Source: Octopus vulgaris (lineage: Eukaryota). Taken from it: 64,000 bases of DNA. Of the stretch, positions 42,185 to 55,258 are shown in pieces. Location: contig OX597828.1 in the NCBI GenBank assembly GCA_951406725.2, forward strand, positions 76,880,001-76,944,000. Direction: 5' to 3'. Made by a program: the position numbers and the translations under genes. Within the stretch, counting starts at the first letter, position 1. Each line of letters begins with the position of its first letter. Under the pieces are notes generated by a model that worked only from the letters and a program-made list of their open reading frames with translations, ran no database searches and was not told the DNA's origin.

Positions 42185-42410
42185 GTGTGTGCGTGTGTGT
42201 CTGTGTGTATGGTTTTGCCCCCAAGTCATCGCCGCTTGGTAACCAGTGGGTTTACGTCAGTTAACTTAGCGCTTCGGCAACAGAGGCTGATAGAATAAGT
42301 ACCAGGCTTAAAAAATAAACCTTGGTTTTGATATTTTCGTCTAAAAACCCTTCAAGGCTGTGCTCCAGCATGGTTGCTGCCAAGTGAATGAAAGAAGTAA
42401 AAGAATAAGT
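42006..42410 (+). mobile_element. SINE family B
   Basis: Head, (TA)n linker and GTGCTCCAGCATGG tail. Confidence 0.75.
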
Positions 42411-42449
42411 GTGTGTGTATATACATATACATACATACACACACACACG

Positions 42450-42493
<44 letters not shown>

Positions 42494-43309
42494 GAGAGAG
42501 AGAGAGAGAGATAAGTTTCCATATTAGCCGTACACACAGGGGACATAATACAATGTAGAGGTTTTCTTTTCGCAAACAGAAAAAAAGATATATATATATA
42601 TATACATACATACACACATACATACATACATACATACACACATACATACACACACACACATACTAAATTCATACATCAGAATGATTGTTTGAGTGTTTCA
42701 ATGTTTAAATTATTTCGAAAATTTTCCGTCTTTGTATATAAATATATAAATATATATTTGCAAAGGATCTTTAATACATTGTAAAAAATACAGGTGTGTA
42801 TAGAACTCCATAGTTTCTGAAGATTTACCCATTAACTGAACTCAAAGTTGATGCATATATGAATTATACATACGCAAACACACATACACATAATTATGCA
42901 TCTATACATCTACGTATACGTGTGCATGTGTGCCGCATGTATATATAAATATATTTCTGTTGGGCAGATGTAGCCACGTTTTCATAACTGTATATTTAAA
43001 TATAAGCAGAACGTATTATCATATATTCATGTGTGACTGCATTCATAAATATTTATGAAAATTGTGTTGATTCATATCAGTGCATTGACACAAGTGCAAT
43101 GTAAATATAAAAGAAATTTCGAAATTACTGAATATTACTATTGTTTTCCCCTCTGGTTGTAGCCTTAAGTACGTAACATCTGACCATTCGGAACGGAGTA
43201 TAATTTCCAGAAGTTCAATCTTAGATATACAGTGAAGGCGCATGGCTCAGTGGTTAGAGCGTCGATCTTACGATCGTGAGGTTATGAGTTGGATTCACCG
43301 TTCAAACCA

Positions 43310-44330
43310 GTTCAATTCATAGAGGATGGAATCAAACGTGCAACACAAATCGACATAGAAACCTGAAGAAAGTTCACACAGCAACACACCTTCTCCGAAA
43401 ATACTGCCGTAGTATCAACATAAAACCCCAGAAACAAGAAAGCCTTCACTATCATCACCCAAAATTTACCAATGCTACACAAGGACCCCAAATTAAAGGA
43501 CATTTTAAACACACATTAAAAGCCACAAACAACCGAAATCACTAAAAAGGATTCTCACAAATGCTAAATTATTTTCTAAAATAACGGACGCAAAAGTGAA
43601 AAAATGTGGTCGACCAAACATTCTAGAAGGATCAGAATTCCTTTCCAAAAGGGACAAAAATTCAAAATCAGATCTGACTTTACATGTGTTTCAGAAAACC
43701 AGATTTATGCTATTAGATTCTTGGGCTGTCACCAAAACTACATAGGGTCCACGGGATTATCGCTCAGACGCAGATGCACTCTACATCGACAGCAGATTGC
43801 ATTCCCAGAATACAGAATGATACCCTCTAGTGAACATATTAACATATGCACAAAGCAACTGATACCACAATTTGTAATCTTTCCATTCAATCAATGTACT
43901 ATTGGAACACCAACAGAAGTTAGATTAGATAACGAAGCCTACTTCCTCGAAATATATAAGCCAAAACTTAACCACTTCTAACATTTTTAAATAAGGAAAC
44001 TTACCTCATTTAAGAAAATATAAAGCAAAACCTAACCTCTCGTAACATTCTATTCCTTCTAAGCCAAATCATGTTAAATTAATAAAAACTAGTCATTCCC
44101 AACATTTTTGATTATCTCCCTTATACCGAAAAAATCTCTGGTTACCTTCCCTTGTCTGGAACTCCATATTTCACAACAAGACATAGAAATTTGAAAAATT
44201 TGAAAAGAAAATACGAAACCGGTTATTTGTCCAAAACAATGTAAGAATACGCAAAATTTTAGAACATTTTCCAACTTAACGATTTAAATATATTCTTTAA
44301 CCGAGTAACACAAGCCTTCTATAGTTTTTT
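43310..44330 (+). mobile_element. PLE 3' portion (thumb, linker, GIY-YIG, 3' UTR) related to the 59-62 kb element
   Basis: KGQKFKIRSDFTCVSENQIYAI...CHQNYIGST..LRRRCTLHRQQI..YKPKLN versus KQGQRFTVKSNFTCASENLIYSL..CQEQYIGQT..LRKRMALHRSQI..YKPLLN. Confidence 0.9.
44196..44228 (+). ncRNA. Hammerhead variant with UUGAAAA (U3-A8) core
   Basis: AAAT-TTGAAAA-G AAAATA C-GAAA-CCGG-TT-ATTT in the PLE 3' UTR. Confidence 0.62.
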
Positions 44331-45198
44331 CACTCTATCCAATCACGTGCTTTCACATACCAACACTCACACACACACACATACACTCCTACTTCCTTTA
44401 TCCTTCCACCCACACCTACTTCCTTCCACCCACCTCTCCTCTCTTGCTCCGACTCCTACTTCTCTTAACTCCTACTCTCCTTCTCTCTTCTCTTTACTCC
44501 TCCCAACCTTCTCCTCCCCACTTCATCGTCACCTCTCTCTTGTAACTCCACCTTACCCCTACACATTTCAAGCCCACCTTCCCTAACCTTCGCATCCCAA
44601 CCCACCCCTTACACCCATTCCACCATCCCAACTCTACCCCCACCTTATGCCTACCCACATACCCCACCACTATCCCAACTCGGCCTAACCCACACCCACC
44701 CTTGCTTTCCCCACTCTTGCCTCCCCCACCTCACAACACCATCACACGACACCACACACCACCATACACCACCATACCACAAAACACATCATATCACATC
44801 ACATGACCACGCACACAGTAGCACTAAGCACTTCCCAGCCCCACATCTTCACACTTACCCATACACACACGCACACGTCATGGTCACCAGCCCTCTTCCA
44901 TACGCACATACATACTCTCTTATAAATATGCACGCGCACCTTCGCTTTGGGATCACTACGACTTTATTATCTCCCCTTCATCCTCGCTCTCCTGTGTAAC
45001 CATAGTCCGGCATTCGCCATGATAGATCGCTAACCACTACACATTCTTTATGTTCTCTCCTTGTTTCTTTCTGTGTTCCTTTCTCTGGAAAGTCCTTGGC
45101 TCGAAACGTTAAAGACGTTTTCACTAATACATCTATTTGTTGTCTACACCACCTGTCTTTGTCATTTGTTTTTTTTTTTGTGAATTCTCCCTATGTAT

Positions 45199-45284
<86 letters not shown>

Positions 45285-45647
45285 GTTGGCACCAGGCCTA
45301 ATCACATTACGTATATTCTTCATGTATTTTCCGATCGGTCGTGAACAGAGCTACGAAAATGCTAAACATCGATGTCCATCACTCCTAAATGAGATTAAGG
45401 GTGAGTTACATCACCTATCCGTGTCTCTGAGATGTTTTGAAAGCCTGTGCGTTGAGAGTGTTTATACTTTACCAGGCTATTGCAGCTACGGGAATATACA
45501 CGAAGCTATAAAGGTTCAGGATATGTGTTAATGATATTAATAACATTCATTATACTGCAGCTGCATCTACATCATAAGTAAATATATATATATACTTATG
45601 TATGCATGTATGTATAGAGTATTTGAAGTGGTGTAGAGATAACGTAT

Positions 45648-45807
45648 ATTGAAAAAATGAAGGCAGTCAGAATTTTGGATAACCCTTTGTTAGCGCTTTC
45701 GTTCGTTTATCGAAATCGATTTTGATTTTGTCTTGGCGAGTTCGAAAAACGAACGGAAGCGCTTATAAAGAATTATCCAAAATTATGACTGCCTCCTTTT
45801 TCTCAAT
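45648..45807. repeat. Imperfect ~160-bp palindrome
   Basis: AGGCAGTCAGAATTTTGGATAA..AGCGCTTTCGTTCGTTT pairs with AAACGAACGGAAGCGCT..TTATCCAAAATTATGACTGCCT. Confidence 0.8.
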
Positions 45808-45813
45808 GCATAA

Positions 45814-45858
<45 letters not shown>

Positions 45859-45947
45859 TAGATGTATGTATATATATGTATGTATATATATGCATACATA
45901 CACATACACACACACATACATATACATATATATATATAATATATATA

Positions 45948-46038
45948 TATTATATTAAATTAGAGACAAAACCACTATTATGCAAATCATTTGTTTGATT
46001 TACATAATAGTGGTTTTGTCTCTAATTTAATATAATAT
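45948..46038. repeat. Near-perfect ~90-bp palindrome
   Basis: ATTAAATTAGAGACAAAACCACTATTATG.AAATCA pairs with TGATTT.CATAATAGTGGTTTTGTCTCTAATTTAAT. Confidence 0.88.
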
Positions 46039-46116
46039 AATATTTTACTATAAAATTGGATTCAATCCTAAATCTGATTTTTCCCTGTAAATTTGGATTT
46101 ATTCCCCAATATTTAT

Positions 46117-46171
<55 letters not shown>

Positions 46172-46172
<1 letters not shown>

Positions 46173-46203
46173 TAGCTTAAGGTGACCCGCTCTACGCGCG
46201 GGT
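46172..46203 (-). mobile_element. Helitron-like 3' terminus
   Basis: Minus strand hairpin ACCCGC-GCGTAGA-GCGGGT, 9 nt, then CTAG followed by T. Candidate 5' ends near 47355 or 48405. Confidence 0.5.
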
Positions 46204-46211
46204 AAGAGTGT

Positions 46212-46552
46212 GGTTGTTACTTTCTGTTGCTTCCTTTCAGCACGTAAAAAGCACCATCCGAACGTGGCCGATTGCAGCGCCGCCTTGACTGGCTTCTGTG
46301 CAGGTGGCACGTAAAAAGCACCAACCGTTCGTGGCCGATGCCAACCCCCTGGCACCTGTTGTGCCCGCGGCACGAAAAAGCACCCACTACACTCACAGAG
46401 TGGTTGGCGTTAGGAAGGGCATCCACCTGTAAAAACACTGCCAGATCAGACTGGAGCCTGGTGCAGTCTCCTGGCTTCCCAGACCCCGGTCAAACTGTCC
46501 AACCCGTGCTAGCACGGAAAACAGACGTTAAACGATGATGATGATGATGATT
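46212..46552 (+). mobile_element. SINE/LINE-tail fragment ending in (GAT)n
   Basis: Three GCACG.AAAA.GCACC subrepeats, GGCGTTAGGAAGGGCATCC, and terminal GACGTTAAACGATGATGATG. Confidence 0.6.
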
Positions 46553-47352
46553 CTCTTTCATTGTTTCTCTCTCCTTTCTCTCTCACTTTCCCACTCTCTT
46601 ACTTTTCTTTTCTCTCGGACTCTCCCTCGCCTTCTCTTACTCTATATCTTTATCTATCTCTCTCCCATTTATAAACAACAAAATATTTTGAGTAAGTTGA
46701 GAAATAAAATATTTAGAAAGATCAATCATAAATATCAGGCAGTGGCAACGGAAAGGTCTGCTTCAAGGGAGACAGCAAAACACTAACATTCAAAAGGGAC
46801 AGACGAACTTACGAGCTGAATAAAAATAATAAAATATTGGAAACGAAAGTTTGAAGGGATAGAATCTGAGGATAGTAGAGTCACCATGGCTGGCATTTCT
46901 TAACGACGTACAGCAACGTATTGACAGTTTAACGGCTGGAGTAAAATTTTGAACTTGATGTAAAAGAAAATTCCTAAACACCAAGTTTTGAAGTGATTCT
47001 TTCTCACGACAGTAGACTCACCATGTCAAGCATTCAAAACTTCTTCATCGTGGACGGCAACACGAGTATAAGGCTGGCGCAAATTTTTTAGCTTGATATA
47101 ACAGAGAATTGCTAAACACCCGCTCCTTTAAATTTTAATCCCGTTCCAGCCCCATTTAGACCCCTTTTCACATTTTGGTTAATATAACCCGATTTCATTC
47201 GGGTCTACTGGGGCCACATTTTATAAGATGAGGAATTTTGTCCTAGAGGTCACGCGTTTCATTCGAGGAAAAAAATAGTTGTCATGCAAACTTGCCAGCA
47301 CTTTTAACATAGGTGTGCATATTTTCAGCTCAACCGACCACATAATGCACAC

Positions 47353-47393
<41 letters not shown>

Positions 47394-47497
47394 AGGCTTT
47401 ATGAAAATAAACAAAAGACGAAGGCAGGTGGAAAACAAACGAACAATTGTATTAGTATGGCGCTCAGGAAATATAAATAAAACAAGTCTTTAACGTT

Positions 47498-47542
<45 letters not shown>

Positions 47543-48019
47543 GTGTGTGCGTGTGTGTGTGTGTGTGTGTGCACGCATTATATATGCAAATGTATACAAA
47601 TTATATATATATATATGTATAAATTAAATTAGCGATAAAACCACTAATAGACAAATCAAACAGTGAAAAACAAAAACAAAAACATAAAAATAAAAATATA
47701 ATATACAAAATATATAAAATATAAAATTGAAAAATTTAAATTATTTAAATTTAAAATAAAAATTATTAATTTATATTTATATTTTTTTTTAAATATATAT
47801 AACTATCAAAAAGTATTAAAACGTTTAATATACATAAATACAGATAGATACACTTTGTATATATACATTATATATACATATCTATATATAGAACACACAC
47901 ACACACACGCATACACACATATATAAATGAACCCAATAAATATCTGATTCATAATATTTGTTCTCATGATTGCGTGGTGGTGGCGGCGATGATAATTCTC
48001 TCTATGAATGCAGTCAGAC

Positions 48020-48055
<36 letters not shown>

Positions 48056-48397
48056 AAAGCGCTGTGGAAGGCGGGGAGGTGGAGGGGGAGATATAGAACG
48101 CCGTTTGACGAAGTTATAAAGAGAAATTGAAGTGGAGTTAGACGCCGTTATGGACGTTATATTTAGAAAGTGATTGGGGGAGGAAATAGAGTGAGTGACG
48201 GAGGAAGTCAGATATATAAAAGAATGAGAGTTGACTTGTCAAAGTGGGTTTTTAAGATAGGGATTTCTAACGTAGCCCACTGGCATCCTAACCTTATTTT
48301 ACATGTCCCTGTAAATTTTGGCGTCAATCCGACGGGATCTAGTGGCCTTTAAACCGTTCCAGACAAACAAACAATCAAACTGTTCGCATTTCAGTTT

Positions 48398-48542
<145 letters not shown>

Positions 48543-49363
48543 GTATATGTATATATAAATCAATATAACAGCTAGGAGCAATATAATATAATAGTGACGA
48601 TAACATTTTTCCTTCACGGTATTATATTGCGTCTAGCTGTTTATATTAATTTTTAATATACGCATTAATATTTCGCTAAATCAGCCAATGTTTTTGTATT
48701 CCAAGTGTAGCGAATGCTGAACTACAATGGACCAACAAGAGGACACCTTATTGCATTATGTTACGCGAAGCAAACAACCGCAATGATGAATCGTACGTAA
48801 GAAAGAAATTATATAAACTTGTATTTATCTTAATTTCTGAGATATTTGTTCTGTATATCATGACTAGATTTGCCAGTAAGCACAAAAGCTTGCATAACAT
48901 AGGAGGGGGAGCAAACTGATTGATGATAATTAACGAAGAGCTCCTTGCTCAAGCTTACACATAAAATTAACTATATATATATATATATATGTGTGTGTGT
49001 GCGCGCACGTGTATGTGAGCGCACGTGTGTGTGTATGTGTGTGTCCTATCCATCAGCAATCCACTTCATTTGTTTGTCTTAATATCTGACGAGATGATGT
49101 ATTCACATACATAATTAATGATGTCAGAGTAATAAAGATTTTAGAAAATTTTAATACCAGTGGCCTAGCGTGTAGAAAAAATAAGTCAATAGACTAAATA
49201 TTATTCATGTAAAATACAGTGTACATTTAAACACAGGAGTCCAGGAAATAGATAGTAAATGTTTTTATTTTTCATTCCCTTCGAAATTTTATCCCTTAAT
49301 TAGAGGTGTGGACTTTAGCTGTTCCTTCCAGCATAATTGAATCCTATGTTTAGATGTACATTG

Positions 49364-49400
<37 letters not shown>

Positions 49401-49850
49401 CATACGCATGTGTGTACGTGTTTGTGTCTGTGCATGTATATTTATCTATGCATGTATGTGTTATATGAGCGTACGTGTGTTTTTGTGTGTATGTGTACAA
49501 AAGTGCGTGGTCTAGTGTTTAGCGGAATTACACGTGCGCTCACGAGATCTTGGTTTCGATTTTCAGACATGCTTCGCATCGTGTCTTTCAGCGCAATCCA
49601 CTTCATTTCATGTAGCTGCAGTCGACTCAGATGTAAATGGGTAAACTCTGCGATGGAATACTCTGCCCATGGGTGGGTGGAGTGGGTGGGATGTTGGTTT
49701 GCTCACTTAGCCAGCAGGGTGTCATCATTCGAACGAATAAATGGGTTAAAGCGCATCGTCACAACCGATTGTCTGGTCAAATTCCGTGATATCGCGACGT
49801 ACTTACACACATACACACACATGTATATATATATGTATGTATATATATAT

Positions 49851-49899
<49 letters not shown>

Positions 49900-51074
49900 C
49901 ATATATATATAAACATATATATGAACTGCTTATGCAATGCCCAAGTTTCAAGAAAGGAAAAGTGAAGCAACTTTCAGCGCTTTGCGTCTCTCTTCTCCTT
50001 TTCGGTGATAAGAACATTTAGACTTCTTTGCTTAACAGTAAGGAAGAAATAACAATGAAATTATTGAAGAAATACCAACAAGAAATTAGTAATATGTAAG
50101 TCTAATACTAACAGACTGCTCTGGGACAAACATGACAACGAAAGCTTACAAATATGGAAACGAATAGAGAATCCGATCAATATTTATTTCCGGAGTGAAT
50201 ATATATTTGCTATTGTAGGAAGGTCAACATTTACAATTCATATTCATAGCCAGGGTAGATAAAGTTGCTCATAAGCCAGGTAACGTCTATACGCGTTGTT
50301 TTCAGACTCAATACACGCAAACAGTTATGCATACATTTGCATAGTGCTTCAGTATTGACTCGTTAAATAAATACGTTTGTGTGTGGCGAGGACGAAAGGT
50401 TTTCAACAAGTAAAAATCTTGGATTTGCTTGTATGATATACGTCACAAGATGTTGCGAGATGCTGCAAGAGGTTACAACAGCATACAAGAGGTTACTCGG
50501 GGTCACACAATGTTTCTGACATAGAAAAATAATACTGTCAGATATTTAATTGGGTGTCCGTTAATATCATGTGAATGCAAATATACATATAAATACATTA
50601 TATAGAAATACATAACACACACACACACACTTATACACTTATGCATGCACACACAGACACAAACACACGCTTACACACCTATATACATATATATTTATCT
50701 TTGTATCTCTTCATATATATATATGTAATATGTATGTATGTAGGTAGGTATATGTATATATGGGGGCATGTTTGTGTGTGTGCGTGTGTGTGTATGTGTG
50801 TGTGTGAATGTTCGACCGTCTCTCGCAATCGCATATATCTTGCTTGGAGATGCATCATTCTTCTGCTTGTCTCTGAAGCACTCATGTCGTTGCGAGCAGA
50901 CCACGGATATGCTTCTGATTCTTGAAAACTTAGTACATAAGAACTTCAAAGATGTTGGAGCTGAAGAGACCAAAGTCTACGACTAATTAACTTGTGTAGA
51001 TTCCTTTCCGTTTTCAAAGATTAGTTATCTCTTTGCACATTGGTATTTTATCGTTGTGAAAGATTGTGTCTGAA

Positions 51075-51370
51075 TGGTTAGGGTACTCGGCTTATCATCG
51101 TGAGGTTGTGAGTTCTATTTCTGTCGGCGTGTTTTGTCTTTGGGCAAGACACTTTATTTCCTGTTGCTCCCGTCCATTCAGCTAACAAGTACCTATATTT
51201 CAAACGGTCAGCCTTGTCACATTCTGTGGGACGTCGAATTGCGCGGAGATCTACATTAAGTATATGCGCGTCCGTGGAGTGCTCAGCCACATGCACTTAA
51301 ATTTCAAAAGCAGGCAGCTCTGATGTTAGGATCAACCGAGGCACTTGTTTGCGTAACCGACAGAGTGTCA
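51075..51370 (+). mobile_element. SINE family C
   Basis: TGGTTAGGGTA..GAGTTCTATT..TTGGGCAAGACACTTTATTTC; colinear with the reverse complement of 5115-5445. Confidence 0.7.
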
Positions 51371-52410
51371 GTTGTGGTGTCAAAGGTCAGCCTAAATTTT
51401 CATCTATCGGAGCCAAAATGAATTGACGCTTTTTGAGTCTGAGATGTCCTGTCCTATCCCCAATGTGTATTTTGGAACTTTAGCCATGGCTGCCCCATTC
51501 CATTTGTAGAGAACCATGTCAACACATATGCTGCATTTAATTTGTATGTCCCAGGACATATCACTACTCTATGCTATTTCTGATGTTTTATTATGAATAA
51601 AAGCGATTTTGACAACTTGCATAACGATCACGCCCAGAATGCTACTGGTACTATATACACAACTTTGCACATACAATTTTGAAAATGTCGCAGCCAGTAA
51701 AATAATCCTTCACACAGAGACAAAGTCCAGTGAACTGGAGGGTGTTTGTCTATGGAGATTTTGTCCTTCAGTATGGAATTTCTACAAGGACTAAGAGTAA
51801 GTTGATTTACATCTATCTTACGAAGAGATGAAGCATTTCTAAGTCCAATAAAGATAAATTGAAGGTGCCCTAGCTGACGTGTGGGATAGTGTCCAGACCA
51901 TCCAGTGGAGCCTGAAGCGATAATAGTGACTAACGGGTCATACCGTTACAGAGAAAGGTACTTAATAGTCAGAAGAAATAGAACAGGGTCAATGATGGAG
52001 AACAAAATATAGAACACAGGGAGATACTCGACTCCAGATGATGACATGAAGTTCGTAGACGTGTAATTAAGCAGTGTATGCTTCAGATAACAATTAGGCT
52101 CCTATGAAACCTATGAAGGTGAAGTGATATTGTGAGGAAGGCATAGAGCGTATATACAGCAAGCCAAGACACAAATGATAATGTACTGGTGAAAAAAACC
52201 AATATTTTGACATACCATCAAATGACGACAGCGAGTAATCAGTGAATCTTTTGTAGCATTACCAATGTTTAAGGGGCACCTCGACTATATCCATTTGCAA
52301 TATGACTCAGGAGAAGCAGCGAACATTGTAGAGTGTCAGGCAAGATTTGTCTGTACATTATTTACATTATTTACATTTGACGATATTTGTCCTCATCTTG
52401 TTTGTTGTTA

Positions 52411-52454
52411 ACACCACGTTTCTGCTGGTATACCCTCCAGCCTTCATCAGGTGT
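52411..52454 (-). ncRNA. Minimal type I hammerhead
   Basis: ACAC-CTGATGA-AGGCTGG AGGGTATA CCAGCA-GAAA-CG-TG-GTGT; G at the cleavage position, so probably inactive. Confidence 0.65.
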
Positions 52455-52502
52455 CTTGGGGAAATTTCGAACCTGGGTTTTCATTCCTAAGGTATTTTGC
52501 GA

Positions 52503-52548
<46 letters not shown>

Positions 52549-52549
<1 letters not shown>

Positions 52550-53032
52550 TATGTTTGACTTTTGCTTTATATTTGTACAAGTTGGCTCCAAGTCTCACCC
52601 AGAGACCTCAAGAGACAACAGGGTTGGAAGTTCATGTTGTTGTTATGCCTAGTGTGCCATATATTTGGGGGGTGGGGATGTTGTACTAATGAATGTCTAA
52701 AAAGAAAAAAAAATTTTTTTTTTTTTTTTTTTTTTTTTAAACCGAAAATTATGTTTGTTTTAAACCTTGAGATTACATAGAGAGTATTTTGCGTAGGATA
52801 TGAGCAGTTCCCATGAGCACTATCTTTTGAACTTCTGCCATTTTTGGGTTTCCTGGTATCTGAGTTAGGTAGCTATCAGCCCCTTTTGCTATCATTCCCA
52901 GGGCACCTATGACAACAGGTATTGTTTTAGTCTTCAGCTTCCACATTTTGCTGATTTCTATTTCAATATCTTTATATTTGCTCAGTTTTTGGTAGGTCTT
53001 GACAGATACGTTTATATCGATTGGGACAGTCA

Positions 53033-53035
<3 letters not shown>
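52549..53035 (-). mobile_element. R4/Dong-type retrotransposon, heavily 5'-truncated copy C
   Basis: Nearly identical to 525-1004 of copy B; (TAA)n on both sides. Confidence 0.93.
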
Positions 53036-53066
<31 letters not shown>

Positions 53067-53070
53067 GTTA

Positions 53071-53158
<88 letters not shown>

Positions 53159-53262
53159 TCAGGTAACTGCCTGGAATCGAACTCGGAATCTTGGGTTTAG
53201 TAGCCCACGCTCTTCACCACTATGCCTTAGAAATCAGAAACCATGTTCGCAATTTCCCCAAG

Positions 53263-53306
53263 ACACCTGATGAAGGTTGGTGGGTATATCAGCCGAAATG
53301 TTGTGT
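53263..53306 (+). ncRNA. Minimal type I hammerhead
   Basis: ACAC-CTGATGA-AGGTTGG TGGGTATA TCAGCC-GAAA-TG-TT-GTGT. Confidence 0.7.
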
Positions 53307-53599
53307 TAACAACAAACAAGATGAGGACAAATATCCGTCAAATGTAAATAATGAAAATAATGTACATAATTCTTCATCTCTTAAATAACAAGATTTGTCT
53401 GGTTTATCAATATTTCAGTGCGGCTGGGACAGTTAGTTTTTTGTTGTTTGTTTAAATTATATCTTGTTTGTATTACAGTTATAATGTATTTTAAATCTTT
53501 ATCATTTTTTAAAAAATTCGTTTAATGTACAACGTCTTCATTCTTCTCCCCGTGTTTAATATAAGTTTTTTTTGTAAACCTTTTGTATTCACGCATTAT

Positions 53600-54075
53600 A
53601 TACAAGCATGGTCCCTTGCAGCGAGCTAGCAGAAAGACATTCGTGATATGTCTTTCTACTCTTTGGCCACTCACAGGTGACCAACTGAGACAGAATATTA
53701 TCCAACCATCTGGCTTGGCTTGAAGACTTCGACTTGCCAGTCTTTCCTGCGACATTGTAATCACGTCCGCATAACGTGAGCTGTGAGCGATTGCTCTGAA
53801 CCCCGAGCAGCGAACCCTAACGAGTAACCGTATTCTAGGGATGTTTTCGAGGAACTCTACGCCCGAAACAGTATTGTTGGGTAATGCTATTTTGGATATT
53901 ACCCAACATTTATGACCATCGGTGGTGATAGGCACGTAAACCGAAGTAAGGAGAGTAAGTTTGCTTTTTTCTTTCACCAAGCGCTCCTCTTCTGAGTACG
54001 GAATGTTAGCATCTAATTCCGCTTTCTGCTTTCTACCATTCGTGAATACGGTCCGCAGATACTTGAACTTCTCCA
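53600..54075 (-). mobile_element. Degenerate RTE-like LINE fragment
   Basis: FKYL..VFT..G....ELD..I followed by KL..L.SVYVP..T.GH.CWV resembles the RTE-type RT thumb region. Confidence 0.5.
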
Positions 54076-55220
54076 GTTCTCGCTACATTTCCTTTTCTGC
54101 TTTCATTGTTCTACACTGAAGTTAAATTTAGTATTATTTCCCAGCTTCCTTTCTCACCAGGTACAGACGATGGCTTTCAAATATATTTAAAATATTGATA
54201 AATGTTCGCAGGTTTAATATTAAATTTTTAATTCAAAAGGATTTCTTGTTAATGTTTTTCTTTTCACTTTTCTTTTCAATATGTTTCCTTTTGATAATTC
54301 TGTTTAAAACGATTCTTTTAATTATTTTTGTTAATATGCTTATCTTGACCAGTTGGTAATTTTTTTTTCTTCTTTTTCTTAGCGAAGAAAAACAGTTTTC
54401 TCATGTGAAAGGAAAAAAACCTCAAACCTAAATGAAATTCAGTCTGCTTAGAAGGAAAAGATAAGAACAAACTGTTAATCCCCAACCAAGCAGTGTTTTC
54501 TTTTCTCTTTTTTTTTCTGTATATACTTTACTGCAGTTTTCTATCGCAAAGCACAGATAGGAATGTTTTAGCTTCGTAGCTCGATAGATAACAGTTTCTC
54601 CTCACGTGTTTATTCAGTCGAAAAGATTAAATGAATAGAGGGAAAAAATCATTAAATTGTTTATTTAAAATTTAATTTGAACTTTAAATCCTAAATAATA
54701 CAGGAATTCGCTAAAACACACACGTAGCAATAGCTGTGTTTCTTTTTCGTTTTATTCTAATTATTCTTTTCGATAAGAAAGGATAACCTTTAATATCTGA
54801 CAATAGTTACTGGCCTGCAGTTAAAATTACTGCGTTGCGATCAGCGTGATTCTGGATTCGATACCTCTGAGCGGCACCTTGAGACACTGACTTATACAAT
54901 AGGTTGGAATAATAAGCTGTGTGTGGGATTGGATATCCAGTCGGAGTGTAAATACTCCTAACAGCGCAGCAAGCATTGGACGCTGCATTTTACTCATCGC
55001 TGTCTCGTCAGACATAGACCTGAATTTAACTCTAATATAGAGCTATAGAAAAATGATATTTAACAACAATAAGAGTCGAGACACTCCTAGGGTCTGTTGA
55101 GTCTCTCTCTCTCTCTCTCTCTAATACACACACGCACACAGACACAGACATATATATATATCCGTGTACATTTACACACACACACACACACACACAGATA
55201 TATATATATATGTGTACATT

Positions 55221-55255
<35 letters not shown>

Positions 55256-55258
<3 letters not shown>

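Larger units (their letters stand above)
52354..53388. mobile_element. tRNA-headed hammerhead element with inverted arms and 13-bp target-site duplication
   Basis: CAAGATTTGTCTG at 52341-52353 and 53389-53401; inverted arms ~52353-52476 and ~53242-53365; tRNA-like head on the minus strand at 53161-53226. Confidence 0.82.

Noticed and set aside
49081-49140. CTGACGA followed by a hairpin
   Set aside because: No GAAA or stem III at a suitable distance.
51830-52340. Possible decayed LINE coding sequence
   Set aside because: Purine-rich and coding-like, but no motif could be read reliably.
53161-53226. Functional tRNA gene (also heads at 12151, 25717, 43235)
   Set aside because: A/B boxes are present but there is no complete acceptor stem; they continue into SINE bodies.
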